A DNA stretch of 64,000 nucleotides from Syntrophales bacterium (GTDB taxonomy: Bacteria > Desulfobacterota > Syntrophia > Syntrophales > UBA6807): NCBI GenBank assembly GCA_040767195.1, contig JAXGPA010000001.1:768001-832000 (forward strand), given 5' to 3'. The notes beneath the pieces are model-generated. The model had not been told where the DNA came from. It made no database searches and saw only the letters and a program-made list of their open reading frames with translations. Positions 9,680 to 19,311 of the stretch are shown piece by piece (the first letter of the stretch is position 1; each line of letters begins with the position of its first letter). The translations under genes and the position numbers were made by a program.

Positions 9680-11232
9680 TCCTCCTTGTTCATCCCCCCG
9701 TGTCCCGGCCTTCAGAACCCCCGCCGGGACTGGTCCGCCTGGCCGGCGCCCTCACCGCTTACCAGGTACCCCATCGAATTCTGGACGTCAACGTGGAAGG
9801 GCTTCTGTTTCTTCTTTCCAGGGACCTGGGACACAAAAAGGACACCCGGACCGTCCGGGCGTTCCGCCATGTCTCTCAAAACATTGAGATACTGAAAAAT
9901 GAAAAGGGCTATGAAAATATAGACCGATACCGGAAAGCCGTCCATGAGTTGAACCACCTGCTCCAGGCCCCTTTCGATTCCGCCTCCCGGCGCCTCCAGC
10001 TGGGTAATTACCAGGATGCCCGCTTTTCGCCGCTGAAATCGGAAAACCTTCTTCGAATGGCCCAGACACCGGAAGAAAATCCCTTTTTCCCTTATTTCAG
10101 GAGTCGGCTCACGACCCTTCTGGAACAACAAACGCCGGAGCTCATCGGCTTTTCCCTGAACTACCTGAGCCAGGCTCCGGCAACATTCGCCATGCTTGGA
10201 TTTCTTAAAAGAGAGGCGCCGGAGGTTCCACGGGTTCTCGGGGGCGGGCTGGTGACCTCCTGGGCAAGCCGGCCGGGATGGAAGAACCCTTTTACGGAAC
10301 TGGTGGACCATCTCATCCCGGGTCCTGGTGAGGAACCTCTCCTGGCCCTGGCCGGGATAAGGGAGGCCGGCATGACGGCCTGCCTTCCAAACCTGGACGG
10401 GTTCCCTCGGAACGCCTATCTTTCACCGGGCCTGGTTCTTCCCTACGACGCGTCTTCGGGCTGCTACTGGAGGCGATGCGCCTTCTGCCCGGAACGGGCG
10501 GAGGGAAAACCCTATCGGCCCATTCCCGCAGGACGGGTCCTGGAAGACCTGGACATTCTCTGCCGGAGGCATGCGCCCCGCCTCATCCACTTCGTCGACA
10601 ACGCCCTGAGCCCCTCCCTTCTCCGGGTTCTTGCCGGAACAAGGCTTCCGGCACCCTGGTACGGGTTCGCCAGAGTTTCAGACGATCTCGACGATGATGA
10701 TTTCGTTCGCTGTCTCCGGTCCTCGGGATGCGTCATGCTCAAGCTGGGGATTGAATCGGGGAGCCAGGCGGTGCTGGATGGGCTGAACAAGGGGATCGAC
10801 GTCGAAACGGCTTCCCGCGTTCTCACGAGGCTTCACCGGGCGGGTATCGTCCCCTACGGGTATTTTCTTTTCGGCACACCGGCGGAAACGGAAGAGACGG
10901 CCCGGGAGACCCTCCGTTTCATCGCCCGGCACGGATCCGCCATGGGTTTCGTGAACCTGGCCGTCTTCAATCTCCCCACTTTCGGACCGGAATCGGAAAG
11001 ACTCGAAACCCGTGACTTTTATGAGGGGGATCTCGCCCTTTACCGGGACTTCGAGCATCCCCTCGGGTGGAATCGGGACCGCGTCCGGATCTTCATCGAC
11101 CGGACCGTGAAGCGCCACCCCGCGGTGGCGGCCGTCCTTCGGCGGGAACCGCCGACCTTCGGTTCAAGCCATGCCCCCCTTTTCGCCATGGCCTGGAAAC
11201 GGTCAGGCGAAAACGAATTCATGCCCTCTTAG
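9676..11232 (+). CDS. Radical SAM protein with N-terminal B12-binding-like domain
   Basis: CYWRRCAFC (CxxxCxxC), HFVDN, LGIESGS, FLFGTPAET; N-terminal LLVHPP...PPPGLVRLAG; ATGA overlap with upstream gene. Confidence 0.85.
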   Translation: MILLVHPPVSRPSEPPPGLVRLAGALTAYQVPHRILDVNVEGLLFLLSRDLGHKKDTRTVRAFRHVSQNIEILKNEKGYENIDRYRKAVHELNHLLQAPFDSASRRLQLGNYQDARFSPLKSENLLRMAQTPEENPFFPYFRSRLTTLLEQQTPELIGFSLNYLSQAPATFAMLGFLKREAPEVPRVLGGGLVTSWASRPGWKNPFTELVDHLIPGPGEEPLLALAGIREAGMTACLPNLDGFPRNAYLSPGLVLPYDASSGCYWRRCAFCPERAEGKPYRPIPAGRVLEDLDILCRRHAPRLIHFVDNALSPSLLRVLAGTRLPAPWYGFARVSDDLDDDDFVRCLRSSGCVMLKLGIESGSQAVLDGLNKGIDVETASRVLTRLHRAGIVPYGYFLFGTPAETEETARETLRFIARHGSAMGFVNLAVFNLPTFGPESERLETRDFYEGDLALYRDFEHPLGWNRDRVRIFIDRTVKRHPAVAAVLRREPPTFGSSHAPLFAMAWKRSGENEFMPS

Positions 11233-11235
11233 CGA

Positions 11236-11523
11236 TCAGAAATCGAAGTCGGCCGCCACGATCTTTTCGCAGACAGCCTTCACCCTGGCGAGAACCACAA
11301 CGTGATCCGGGTGGGCCTGGTAACGCTTGAGGGCCTCGGCATCCTGAAAAGCCGACACGAGGGCGAAATCATAGGCCCGCTCCGGACGCCTGTCCCGGCC
11401 GAACTCGTACTGCCGGATCTCGGGGATAACCGGGGGAAGGGACGCCAGCCCCCTTTCCATGTCGCGGATATCTTTCTCAGAAGCCCCTTCCTTGAATGTC
11501 ATGAGAACAATGTGCTTCAGCAT
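11236..11523 (-). CDS. Dabb family stress-responsive A/B barrel protein
   Basis: MLKHIVLMTFK...YDFALVSAF...YQAHPDH...DF pattern. Confidence 0.88.
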   Translation of the reverse strand: MLKHIVLMTFKEGASEKDIRDMERGLASLPPVIPEIRQYEFGRDRRPERAYDFALVSAFQDAEALKRYQAHPDHVVVLARVKAVCEKIVAADFDF

Positions 11524-11704
11524 GTTCCTTCTCCTGAAATTTTCATGTTCCCTTCACCGGCGGTTCCGATCTCCCGTTCCCGGCCGGATTTCCCGCAATA
11601 CGTTAAAAGCCCTGCCGGAAGCCAATCATGACAGCAGGGCTTTTACCTCTTAATCTGTTTCTAAATGTTCCTCAATGTCGTGTTTTAAAACTTTTCAGAT
11701 CTAG

Positions 11705-12322
11705 TCAGTCTCTCAGGTTTTCAACGTTCCTCCGGAACGGCCGGGACGCCGCCTCGTCCCGCTTCGTGAAAGCGAGTTCAGCGGCAATTTCGGCGGCATC
11801 GGTGATCAGTTCCCGGCAGAAAAGGGCGTGATCCCGGCAGAGCCAGGACTCCTGCCACTTGGCGGTGAGTTCCCGGCAAAGGGTCTTGCCGTACTTGTCC
11901 GCCAGACGGTTTGGAATCTGGTTGAACAACCGATAGAGGCCCCGTTTCCCGTAAAGCTCGTCCACCGCCTTCTTGATGCTTTCCTGGCCCTCCCCTTCAG
12001 GAAGACCGGGCCTGCCGTGGACGGCACCGACAGCAAGGACAGCGCCGGTAACGGCTCCGCAGGTGTCTCCAAAAAGACCGACCCCGCCCCCGAAACCCGT
12101 AGCCACTTTCTTCGCTTCCGACGGCAATCCCGTCTCCACGACGGCAAGAACGGCCTCCATGACACACTCGGCGCAATTGTAACCGAGTGTAAAATTTTTT
12201 CGGGCTCTCTTCTTGATCATTTCAATTTTTTCTTTTTTCCCCTCGCCGAAAGCATCAAACAAAACTTCGCTTTTTTTCTGTCCCTCACTGTTTTCCTTCA
12301 TTTTTCCATCCTGAGCGTCCAT
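11705..12322 (-). CDS. C_GCAxxG_C_C family putative redox protein
   Basis: GYNCAECV, GFGGG, TCGAVTG, LCREL, FCREL. Confidence 0.85.
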   Translation of the reverse strand: MDAQDGKMKENSEGQKKSEVLFDAFGEGKKEKIEMIKKRARKNFTLGYNCAECVMEAVLAVVETGLPSEAKKVATGFGGGVGLFGDTCGAVTGAVLAVGAVHGRPGLPEGEGQESIKKAVDELYGKRGLYRLFNQIPNRLADKYGKTLCRELTAKWQESWLCRDHALFCRELITDAAEIAAELAFTKRDEAASRPFRRNVENLRD

Positions 12323-12520
12323 ATCTAACTCCTCGGTTTCGATCCCTGTTCCCCGGTTCTCGGTCTTCCGCCCTCAAGGCACACCCCGAGTCAGGAGAAC
12401 ACGTCTCTTGCCCTTCACCTTTCGGATCTGCAGGTCCTGGATCACCCCTGAGCGCCGGCATCTTACCGAAACGGCCCGTAAAAAATCCCTTTCGTGTCAC
12501 CCCGCGAAAAAATGAATTTA

Positions 12521-13309
12521 TTACTTCATCTTCCAGGCCGGGGGCCTTTTCTCACTGAACGCCGTTATACCCTCCAGTGAATCGTCCAGCGTGCACAGAA
12601 GGGCAAACTGGTTGTTCACAAGTTCCATGGCCTTGCCGAATTCCAGGTCGGACTGATCGTAGAAGGACTTTTTAGCCAACCAGAGCGCAAGGGGGCTTTT
12701 CGCTGCCAGTTCCTTGGCCAGGGCCATGGTTTCCTCTTTAAGCGATCCCTTCGGGACGACCTTGTTGATAAGACCGATTCTTTCCGCTTCATCGGCCAGG
12801 ATAAGATTCCCCCGGAGGACAAGTTCCATGGTCTTTTTCTTCCCGATATTGCGATAAAGGGGAACCTGGGGACCGATGCAGTTCAGGCCCACGTTGATCG
12901 CCGTCGCTCCGAACCGGACGCCCTCCTCCGCGATCGCCAGGTCCGCGGCGGCGACGATGCCGATGCCGTTGGCGACGGCGAACCCGTGAACGGAAGCGAT
13001 GACCGGTTTTTTAATTTTCGCGATGGTGACAATGGCCTTCTCCATGAGCGTGATCCACTCGTAGTACTCGGCGGGAGTCATCGCCTTGAAAACTTCCGGA
13101 GAAACATCGATCCCGGCGGAGAAGCATTTCCCCGCCCCGTTGATGACGATGACCCGGACCTCCTTGTCCGCGTCCAGATCCAGGAGGGCCTGGCTGAGAT
13201 CCCCGGCAAGATCGGTATTGAACGTATTCAAGGCCTCCGGCCGGTTCAACGTGATAATGCCGACCAGCCCCTGTTCCTCCTTTGTGACCGCAACCGCTTT
13301 GTACGCCAT
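12521..13309 (-). CDS. Enoyl-CoA hydratase/isomerase (crotonase family)
   Basis: ITLNRPEALNT, FSAGID, KPVIASVHG, AERIGLINKVV; start ATG 13309 with AAGGAGG RBS. Confidence 0.9.
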   Translation of the reverse strand: MAYKAVAVTKEEQGLVGIITLNRPEALNTFNTDLAGDLSQALLDLDADKEVRVIVINGAGKCFSAGIDVSPEVFKAMTPAEYYEWITLMEKAIVTIAKIKKPVIASVHGFAVANGIGIVAAADLAIAEEGVRFGATAINVGLNCIGPQVPLYRNIGKKKTMELVLRGNLILADEAERIGLINKVVPKGSLKEETMALAKELAAKSPLALWLAKKSFYDQSDLEFGKAMELVNNQFALLCTLDDSLEGITAFSEKRPPAWKMK

Positions 13310-13428
13310 GACATTTCCCTCCTTTGATTTTTGAGTGACCGCAAAGGCTGTCCGCACCGCGAACAGCGTTTCATAAGCAAGGTTTTTAAAACCACTTTTC
13401 TTTCATGGAATTCAATGGAAAAAGCCGG

Positions 13429-14034
13429 TTACTTAACCAGGATGAGACCGATCCATGACACCTTTTCCCGGACGGGGAAGGCCACGGACATTCCCGCCTT
13501 CTCTGCCGTCTTGATGACATCGATCCCCATGGACTCCATGGAGGGACGGGCTTTGAAAGGAAACCGGCAGGCCTCGCCCGTCACGGCCCCGCAGATTTCA
13601 CACAGGCGGCAGCATCCGCCGATGAATCCCGCTGCAAATCGATATCCCATGGAAAAGGCTTTCTTCTCTCCCCGGTTGATGATTTCATGGAGCAGCCCGG
13701 CAGAGCGGAAGGGATCGCCTTCGGCTTCCGCCAGGTCGTCGATCACCCGAACGAGAATTCCTCTTTTATAGTTCTTCAAGGCCTTTTTGAATTCGGCCGG
13801 CGAAGGAACGTGGGGCGGGCAGGTGTAATTTCTGCCGTACGTGTCGCAAAGAGGCACCTGGCACTTCAGCCGGACCCGCTCATCGACGGAAATACCCACG
13901 GCGGAGATGATCGCCGCTTCATCCGCCCCGTTCTCCCGGACGAACGCGACGAGTCTCTCAAGATCCTTATCCGTCTTTCCGGGCTTTCCGCCTTTAGAAT
14001 TCAATCCCTTCCCGTTCCTTGACCCCCTTGGCAT
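13429..14034 (-). CDS. DUF2284 Cys-rich metal-binding protein
   Basis: RLKCQVPLC..YG....CPP, GCCRLCEIC, CRFPFKARPSMESMGIDV; start uncertain (overlaps cobO). Confidence 0.82.
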   Translation of the reverse strand: MPRGSRNGKGLNSKGGKPGKTDKDLERLVAFVRENGADEAAIISAVGISVDERVRLKCQVPLCDTYGRNYTCPPHVPSPAEFKKALKNYKRGILVRVIDDLAEAEGDPFRSAGLLHEIINRGEKKAFSMGYRFAAGFIGGCCRLCEICGAVTGEACRFPFKARPSMESMGIDVIKTAEKAGMSVAFPVREKVSWIGLILVK

Positions 14035-14557
14035 AGTGATGCTTGATCTCCCGGACCTCGCTCACCGTGTCGGCCAGAGCGATGACCTCTTCGGGGGCAT
14101 AGCGGCCGGTGAGCAGAAGGTCCCTCTCGGGCGGCTTTTCCCGGATGAGATCGAGAACCTGGGAAAGGGAAACAAGCTCGAAGTCGAGGGCCACGTTGAC
14201 TTCATCAAGAATCACCATCTGGTATTTGCCCGAGTGCAGGGCTTCCCGGGCCAGGTCAAGGCCCCTCTGGGCCAGTTCCACGTCGACCGGCGCGGGATTC
14301 CCCCGCATGACGAAGCTGTCCAGGCCGGACCGGACAATGGTCAGGCCCGGAAGATACTTTTCAGCGGCCAGGACTTCCCCGTACTTTTTTCCCTTCATGA
14401 ACTGGACCATGAAGACATTCATGCCGTGCCCGATGGCACGAAGGGCCTGGCCGAGGGCCGCCGTGGTCTTTCCCTTCCCGTCCCCGGTGAGGACGATGAC
14501 CAGGCCTTTTCGATACTTCGCAAGGACATCCTCCATGGACATCTTCCTTTCTACCAT
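13994..14557 (-). CDS. cobO: Cob(I)yrinic acid a,c-diamide adenosyltransferase (CobO/BtuR)
   Basis: TGDGKGKTTAALG, VQFMKG, ILDE, LTGR, ADTVSE...KHHY...GIEF. Confidence 0.92.
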   Translation of the reverse strand: MVERKMSMEDVLAKYRKGLVIVLTGDGKGKTTAALGQALRAIGHGMNVFMVQFMKGKKYGEVLAAEKYLPGLTIVRSGLDSFVMRGNPAPVDVELAQRGLDLAREALHSGKYQMVILDEVNVALDFELVSLSQVLDLIREKPPERDLLLTGRYAPEEVIALADTVSEVREIKHHYAKGVKEREGIEF

Positions 14558-14668
14558 CTCTCCATCATCGCGTCGGGAGCCGCTTTCCGCTAAAAACCCG
14601 GGGACGATTGAAAAACCGATCAACCCGGGCTTAGGCCGAATGCATTGGAATGAAAAAATCTATTCCCG

Positions 14669-15634
14669 TTATGAAAATTCCTTGAGATAACGCCCGGCAA
14701 TTTCCTCCGCGCAGGAGTATGGATCGGTCTCTTTCTTGAGGCAGCGGTCGGCCATCTTTTCGAGTTCCCCGTCCGCCACCAGCCGGTTCAAAATCGGCTC
14801 CAGGATACAGGCGCGGAGGGATTCATTCAATTCATGGATGGTTTTTCGTCGGATGCGGCTTCCCAGGAGTCCCTTTTCCAGGAGATGGGCATAGTGCCTC
14901 TGGATGGCCTCGGACACCTGGCCGACCTGTTCCTTGAACTTGTCCGGCTGAAAGACGCTTTCCACCCGGACGATGGGCGGACGCCAGTCGCCCTTGGAAA
15001 AGCCGGCCATGTCGAGCATCATCATGAGGTCCCGGTAGAGCTTTCCCGTCCCTTCCCGGTCCGCCTTGTTGATGATGAAGAGATCGGCGATTTCCATGAT
15101 CCCGGCCTTGATGGCCTGGATCTCGTCTCCCATGCCCGGTATCAGGACAACGATGACCGTGTGGGCGTGATTGATGATTTCCACCTCCTGCTGGCCCGTG
15201 CCCACGGTCTCGATGATCACCACATCTTTCCCCATGACATCGAGGACATGAACGGCATCCCCGACAGCCTTGGAAAGCCCCCCCAGGGCTCCCCGGGTGG
15301 CAAGGCTTCGAACGAAAACCCCGGGGTCCTCCGTGTGCCGCTGAAGCCGGATCCGGTCACCAAGAATGGCCCCGCCGGTGAAAGGACTCGTCGGGTCCAC
15401 GAGAAGGACACCTACCGTCTTCCCTTTTTCCCGGTTGGCCGCAATGATGGAGTCGATAAGGGTGCTCTTTCCCGCGCCGGGGGAACCGGTGACGCCGATG
15501 ACGTGGGCTTTTCCCGTGTAGGGGAAGATATGCTTGATTGTGGTTTTGGCCTCGGGGATATTATCCTCCAGGTTCCGGATGACCCGCGTTGCCGTTCGAA
15601 CGTCCCCTTCTCTGATTTTTTTTACTTTTTCCAT
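14669..15634 (-). CDS. meaB: MeaB/ArgK GTPase chaperone of B12 mutase
   Basis: GSPGAGKST, VDPTSPFTGGAILGDRIR, ETVGTGQ, QAIKAGIMEIAD, NKAD. Confidence 0.93.
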   Translation of the reverse strand: MEKVKKIREGDVRTATRVIRNLEDNIPEAKTTIKHIFPYTGKAHVIGVTGSPGAGKSTLIDSIIAANREKGKTVGVLLVDPTSPFTGGAILGDRIRLQRHTEDPGVFVRSLATRGALGGLSKAVGDAVHVLDVMGKDVVIIETVGTGQQEVEIINHAHTVIVVLIPGMGDEIQAIKAGIMEIADLFIINKADREGTGKLYRDLMMMLDMAGFSKGDWRPPIVRVESVFQPDKFKEQVGQVSEAIQRHYAHLLEKGLLGSRIRRKTIHELNESLRACILEPILNRLVADGELEKMADRCLKKETDPYSCAEEIAGRYLKEFS

Positions 15635-15656
15635 CTTCCCGCCAATCTGTCATGAA

Positions 15657-15693
15657 GCGGGAGGCGCAGACGCCGCAGCGCCTTGCCTCCCGC
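15657..15693 (-). terminator. Intergenic stem-loop between mutase small subunit and meaB
   Basis: GCGGGAGGC ... GCCTCCCGC 9-bp inverted repeat; no strong U-tract. Confidence 0.4.
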
Positions 15694-15711
15694 CCGTTGA
15701 TTATTCTGATG

Positions 15712-16113
15712 CTATCTCGGTTTTACGTTTGTCCGGATCCAGTCGAGGATCGAATCCAGGGTCGCTCCAGGGACGAAGATGGCCTTCAGACCCGCGTCGT
15801 GCATGGACTTTAAATCCTGATCGGGGATGATGCCCCCGCCGATGACGGTGATGTCATCCGCCCCCTGCTCCCTCAGAAGTTCCACGACCTTCGGGAAAAG
15901 GTACTTGTGAGCGCCGGAAAGGCAGCTTAGCCCCACCAGGTCCACGTCTTCCTGAATGGCCGACGCCGCAATCTGTTCCGGCGTCTGGTGACAGCCCGTG
16001 TAAATCACTTCAAAACCCGCATCCCGGAAGCAGCGGGCCAGGACCCGGGCCCCCCGGTCATGCCCGTCAAGGCCGGGCTTTGCAACCATCACTCGAAGTT
16101 TCCTGTCTGCCAT
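15712..16113 (-). CDS. Acyl-CoA mutase small, cobalamin-binding subunit
   Basis: [10 protein letters not shown] (DxHxxG), [15 protein letters not shown]. Confidence 0.95.
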   Translation of the reverse strand: MADRKLRVMVAKPGLDGHDRGARVLARCFRDAGFEVIYTGCHQTPEQIAASAIQEDVDLVGLSCLSGAHKYLFPKVVELLREQGADDITVIGGGIIPDQDLKSMHDAGLKAIFVPGATLDSILDWIRTNVKPR

Positions 16114-16139
16114 GTGTTTTCCCTCCCTTTCCCAAAACC

Positions 16140-17822
16140 TTAGTAGAGTCCCGGATCCCTGTATTCGCCGAAGACTTCGCGGTAGACGTCGCAGATTTCC
16201 TGAACGCTGACCAGGTTCTTCACCGCCTCGATGCAGTAGGGCATGACGTTTTCCCCCTTCTTGCAGGCGGCCTTCAGGTCGTCCAGGCTCTTCTTCACGG
16301 CCTTGCCGTCCCGCTTGCGGCGGACGGCGCTCAGCCGCTCAATCTGCTGCTCTTCAACGGAATCGTCGATTTCCAGGAAGGGAATTTCGCCCTTGTCCTC
16401 GGTGACATACTTGTTGACACCGATCATGATCTTCTCGCCGGCATCGATCTGATTCTGGTACTTGTAAGCCGCGTCGGCGATCTCGAGCTGGGGGAAGCCC
16501 TTTTCGATGGCCGCCACCATGCCGCCCATGTCATCGATCTTCTCGATGTATTCCCAGGATTTCTCTTCCATTTCGTTGGTCAGGGCCTCCACGAAATAGG
16601 AGCCCGCCAGCGGGTCGACCGTGTTGGCCGCACCGGTTTCCTCGGCGATGAGCTGCTGGGTCCTGAGCGCGATCTGAACGGCGTGGTCGGAGGGCAGGCA
16701 CCAGACTTCGTCAAGGGAGTTCGTGTGAAGCGACTGGGTCCCGCCGAGAACCGCCGCCAAGGCTTCCGTGGCGGTGCGGACGACGTTGTTGTATGGCTGC
16801 TGGGCCGTGAGGGAGCACCCCGCCGTCTGGGTGTGGAAGCGCATCCACCAGGACCGGGGATCTTTCGCTTTGAAGCGGTCCCGCATGAGCTTGGCCCAGA
16901 GTCTCCGGGCCGCCCGCAGCTTGGCGATCTCCTCGAAGAAGTCGATGTGGGAGTTGAAGAAGAAGGACAGCCTGGGGGCGAACTCGTCCACCTGGAGTCC
17001 CTTGCGCTTGATCACGTCGTCGGCATACTCGACGCCGTCCCGGATGGTGAAGGCCAGTTCCTGGACCGCTGTCGACCCCGCTTCCCGGATGTGGTAGCCG
17101 CTGATGCTGATGGTGTTCCACCGGGGAACGTGCTTCGTGCCGAACTCGACGGTGTCGCTGATGAGCTTCACCGAGGGTTCCGGGGGGCACATGAGGGTCT
17201 TCTGGGCGATGAACTCCTTCAACATGTCGTTCTGGATGGTGCCGCCGATCTTGGTCAGGGGGACCCCCTTGATCTGGGCGGCGGCGCAGTACATGGCCCA
17301 CAGGGCCGTCGCCGGGGGGTTGATGGTCATGGACGTGGTGATCTGGTCCATGGGGATCCCGTCGACGAGGACCATGAAATCCTCCAGGGTGTCGATGGCC
17401 ACGCCGCACTTGCCGCACTCGCCCCGGGCCTTCGGGGAATCCGTGTCGTAGCCCATGAGGGTGGGGAAGTCAAAAGCCGTGCTGAGGCCCGTCTGGCCCT
17501 GCTTGAGCAGCAGATGCCACCTTTCATTGGTGTCCTTGGCGCTCCCCATGCCGGAAAACATGCGGAAGGTCCAGTACTTGCCCCGGTACCCCGTGACCTG
17601 GTTCCCCCGGAGATAGGGGAACTGGCCGGGATAGCCGATATCCCTGGCGAAATCCATGTCCTTGATGTCTTCCGGACCATAGAGACGATTGATCTCCAGG
17701 TCGGAGACGGTGGACCATCGCTCCTTCTGGTCCGGCCACTTGGCGACGGTCTTCCGGACCTCGTCTTCCCACTTTTTTCTCATTTCGCTGGATTTTTCCA
17801 GCAGTTCCTTTGCAAAGTACAC
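16140..17822 (-). CDS. Acyl-CoA mutase large subunit (MCM family, probably isobutyryl-CoA mutase type)
   Basis: [52 protein letters not shown] start 17822 after GGAGG. Confidence 0.93.
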   Translation of the reverse strand: MYFAKELLEKSSEMRKKWEDEVRKTVAKWPDQKERWSTVSDLEINRLYGPEDIKDMDFARDIGYPGQFPYLRGNQVTGYRGKYWTFRMFSGMGSAKDTNERWHLLLKQGQTGLSTAFDFPTLMGYDTDSPKARGECGKCGVAIDTLEDFMVLVDGIPMDQITTSMTINPPATALWAMYCAAAQIKGVPLTKIGGTIQNDMLKEFIAQKTLMCPPEPSVKLISDTVEFGTKHVPRWNTISISGYHIREAGSTAVQELAFTIRDGVEYADDVIKRKGLQVDEFAPRLSFFFNSHIDFFEEIAKLRAARRLWAKLMRDRFKAKDPRSWWMRFHTQTAGCSLTAQQPYNNVVRTATEALAAVLGGTQSLHTNSLDEVWCLPSDHAVQIALRTQQLIAEETGAANTVDPLAGSYFVEALTNEMEEKSWEYIEKIDDMGGMVAAIEKGFPQLEIADAAYKYQNQIDAGEKIMIGVNKYVTEDKGEIPFLEIDDSVEEQQIERLSAVRRKRDGKAVKKSLDDLKAACKKGENVMPYCIEAVKNLVSVQEICDVYREVFGEYRDPGLY

Positions 17823-18384
17823 GTTTCTCCCTCCTTTCAAACCCTTTCCGTTATATTATTTTCTATGGCTGCCGTCCCCTTTTCCTCAACATCCCAGGAG
17901 ACGATGCCAATTCCTGGGCAACCGGGAAACATCCATGAACCGAAACGAACTGAACGGGTGGCTGTGGCGCCGTGTTCGCCGTAAAGGTGTGTCGCTTGCC
18001 GACCTGCGGGCAAAAGAGGGGAACCGCGTTCGAGAACCGAGGATCCTGTGAAATGTCTCATAGAGTAGAAGTACAGCAAGCCGCTGCGCGCCTAAAGAGT
18101 GTTAACCTGCCCCGAAGTATCGTTAGTATGGAACCGGTCTTTTGTCAAGAGAAAATCAGGGTGGCGCTGGTCCGGAAATGAACGGCCCTTCCTGGGTCCG
18201 GGCAATGGAAATACTCTTAAAAAAACCGTTTTTCTCAAACGGGCCTCTTACCTGCGGAAACGGATGAAGATGTTACCCGTTCAGTTTTTTTGTGTTACAA
18301 GAAACAGGGCTGCCGTATTTTTTGACTCCCGATCCAGGAAACGGGAACAGGCGCCTTGAAACATAAAAAAGGAAACGACAGGCC

Positions 18385-19047
18385 ATGTGCGGGCGCTTCA
18401 TCCTCATCAGCGACCTTTCCGAAATCACCTCCTTCCTGCCATTGGAGATGTCGGCGGAGATCCCGCGCCGCAGCTACAACATCGCCCCCGGAACGACCGT
18501 CACGTCCCTGCTTCGGGAAGAGGGGAACCGGCTGGTGCGGCTCCGGTGGGGGTATCTCCCGCCCTGGGTCCGGAACGGTGGGCCGGGTCGGGAATTGATC
18601 AATGCCCGCGGAGAAACGGTGGCCTCCAAGCCGGCCTTCCGGGAAGCCTTTCTGAAAAGACGCTGCCTGGTCTTCGCCAACGGTTATTACGAGTGGCGGC
18701 GCGAAGAAAGGCAGAAGATCCCATGGTTCGTTCACCTGGAGGGGAACCGCCTTTTCGCTTTTGCGGGAATCTATGACCGGGTCGAAGGGACGACCCTTCC
18801 CGGTGTCGCCCTCGTCACGACGGAACCGGCACCTGCCATCCACGACATTCACGACCGGATGCCCGTTATCCTCGCCGGCGAATCCGCCGGAAAATGGCTC
18901 GATCTCCCCGCCGCCGCGGAAAAAGATCTTCTTTCTCTTCTGAAACCCTATCCCGGCAAGGACCTTTCAGCACACGCCGTTTCGACCTTTGTCAACGCTC
19001 CCTCCCACGACTCGCCCCGGTGCATCGCCCCCGTGACGGGAACGTGA
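18385..19047 (+). CDS. SOS response-associated peptidase (SRAP/YedK/HMCES)
   Basis: N-terminal MCGRF, YNIAP, INARGET, RRCLV, GYYEW, IHDRMPVIL. Confidence 0.93.
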   Translation: MCGRFILISDLSEITSFLPLEMSAEIPRRSYNIAPGTTVTSLLREEGNRLVRLRWGYLPPWVRNGGPGRELINARGETVASKPAFREAFLKRRCLVFANGYYEWRREERQKIPWFVHLEGNRLFAFAGIYDRVEGTTLPGVALVTTEPAPAIHDIHDRMPVILAGESAGKWLDLPAAAEKDLLSLLKPYPGKDLSAHAVSTFVNAPSHDSPRCIAPVTGT

Positions 19048-19311
19048 CTTTGCGACGGACCTGGAAGCGGCGCGACGAACCGTTTGACTTTTCCTCTCCA
19101 TTACACTAGATAACATGGGTTGGTCCCCGGGGCGATACCCCTGTTTGTGACGGCTTCTTTGAAAGTCCCTGTGCCACGCAGCCCTTCTTATCCCATCATT
19201 GAGGCATCCCTTTACGGGCGCCTTCGCCACAGGGATTCGGGCGCCTTGCCTGCGAGGCCTTCTACAAAGCCGCCGAAAAATGACCCTTTACAATTTTAGA
19301 GTTCATCAGCC

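Noticed and set aside
12323..12520. Small ORF or RNA between the crotonase and C_GCAxxG_C_C genes
   Set aside because: Short frames without RBS or motif support; no convincing structure
18268..18298. LexA box upstream of the SRAP gene
   Set aside because: Only a GTTCAG half-match and two TGTTAC hexamers; insufficient support
17823..18380. Cobalamin riboswitch upstream of the mutase operon
   Set aside because: Conserved B12-box and GGGAA..CGGTG core motifs not seen on either strand
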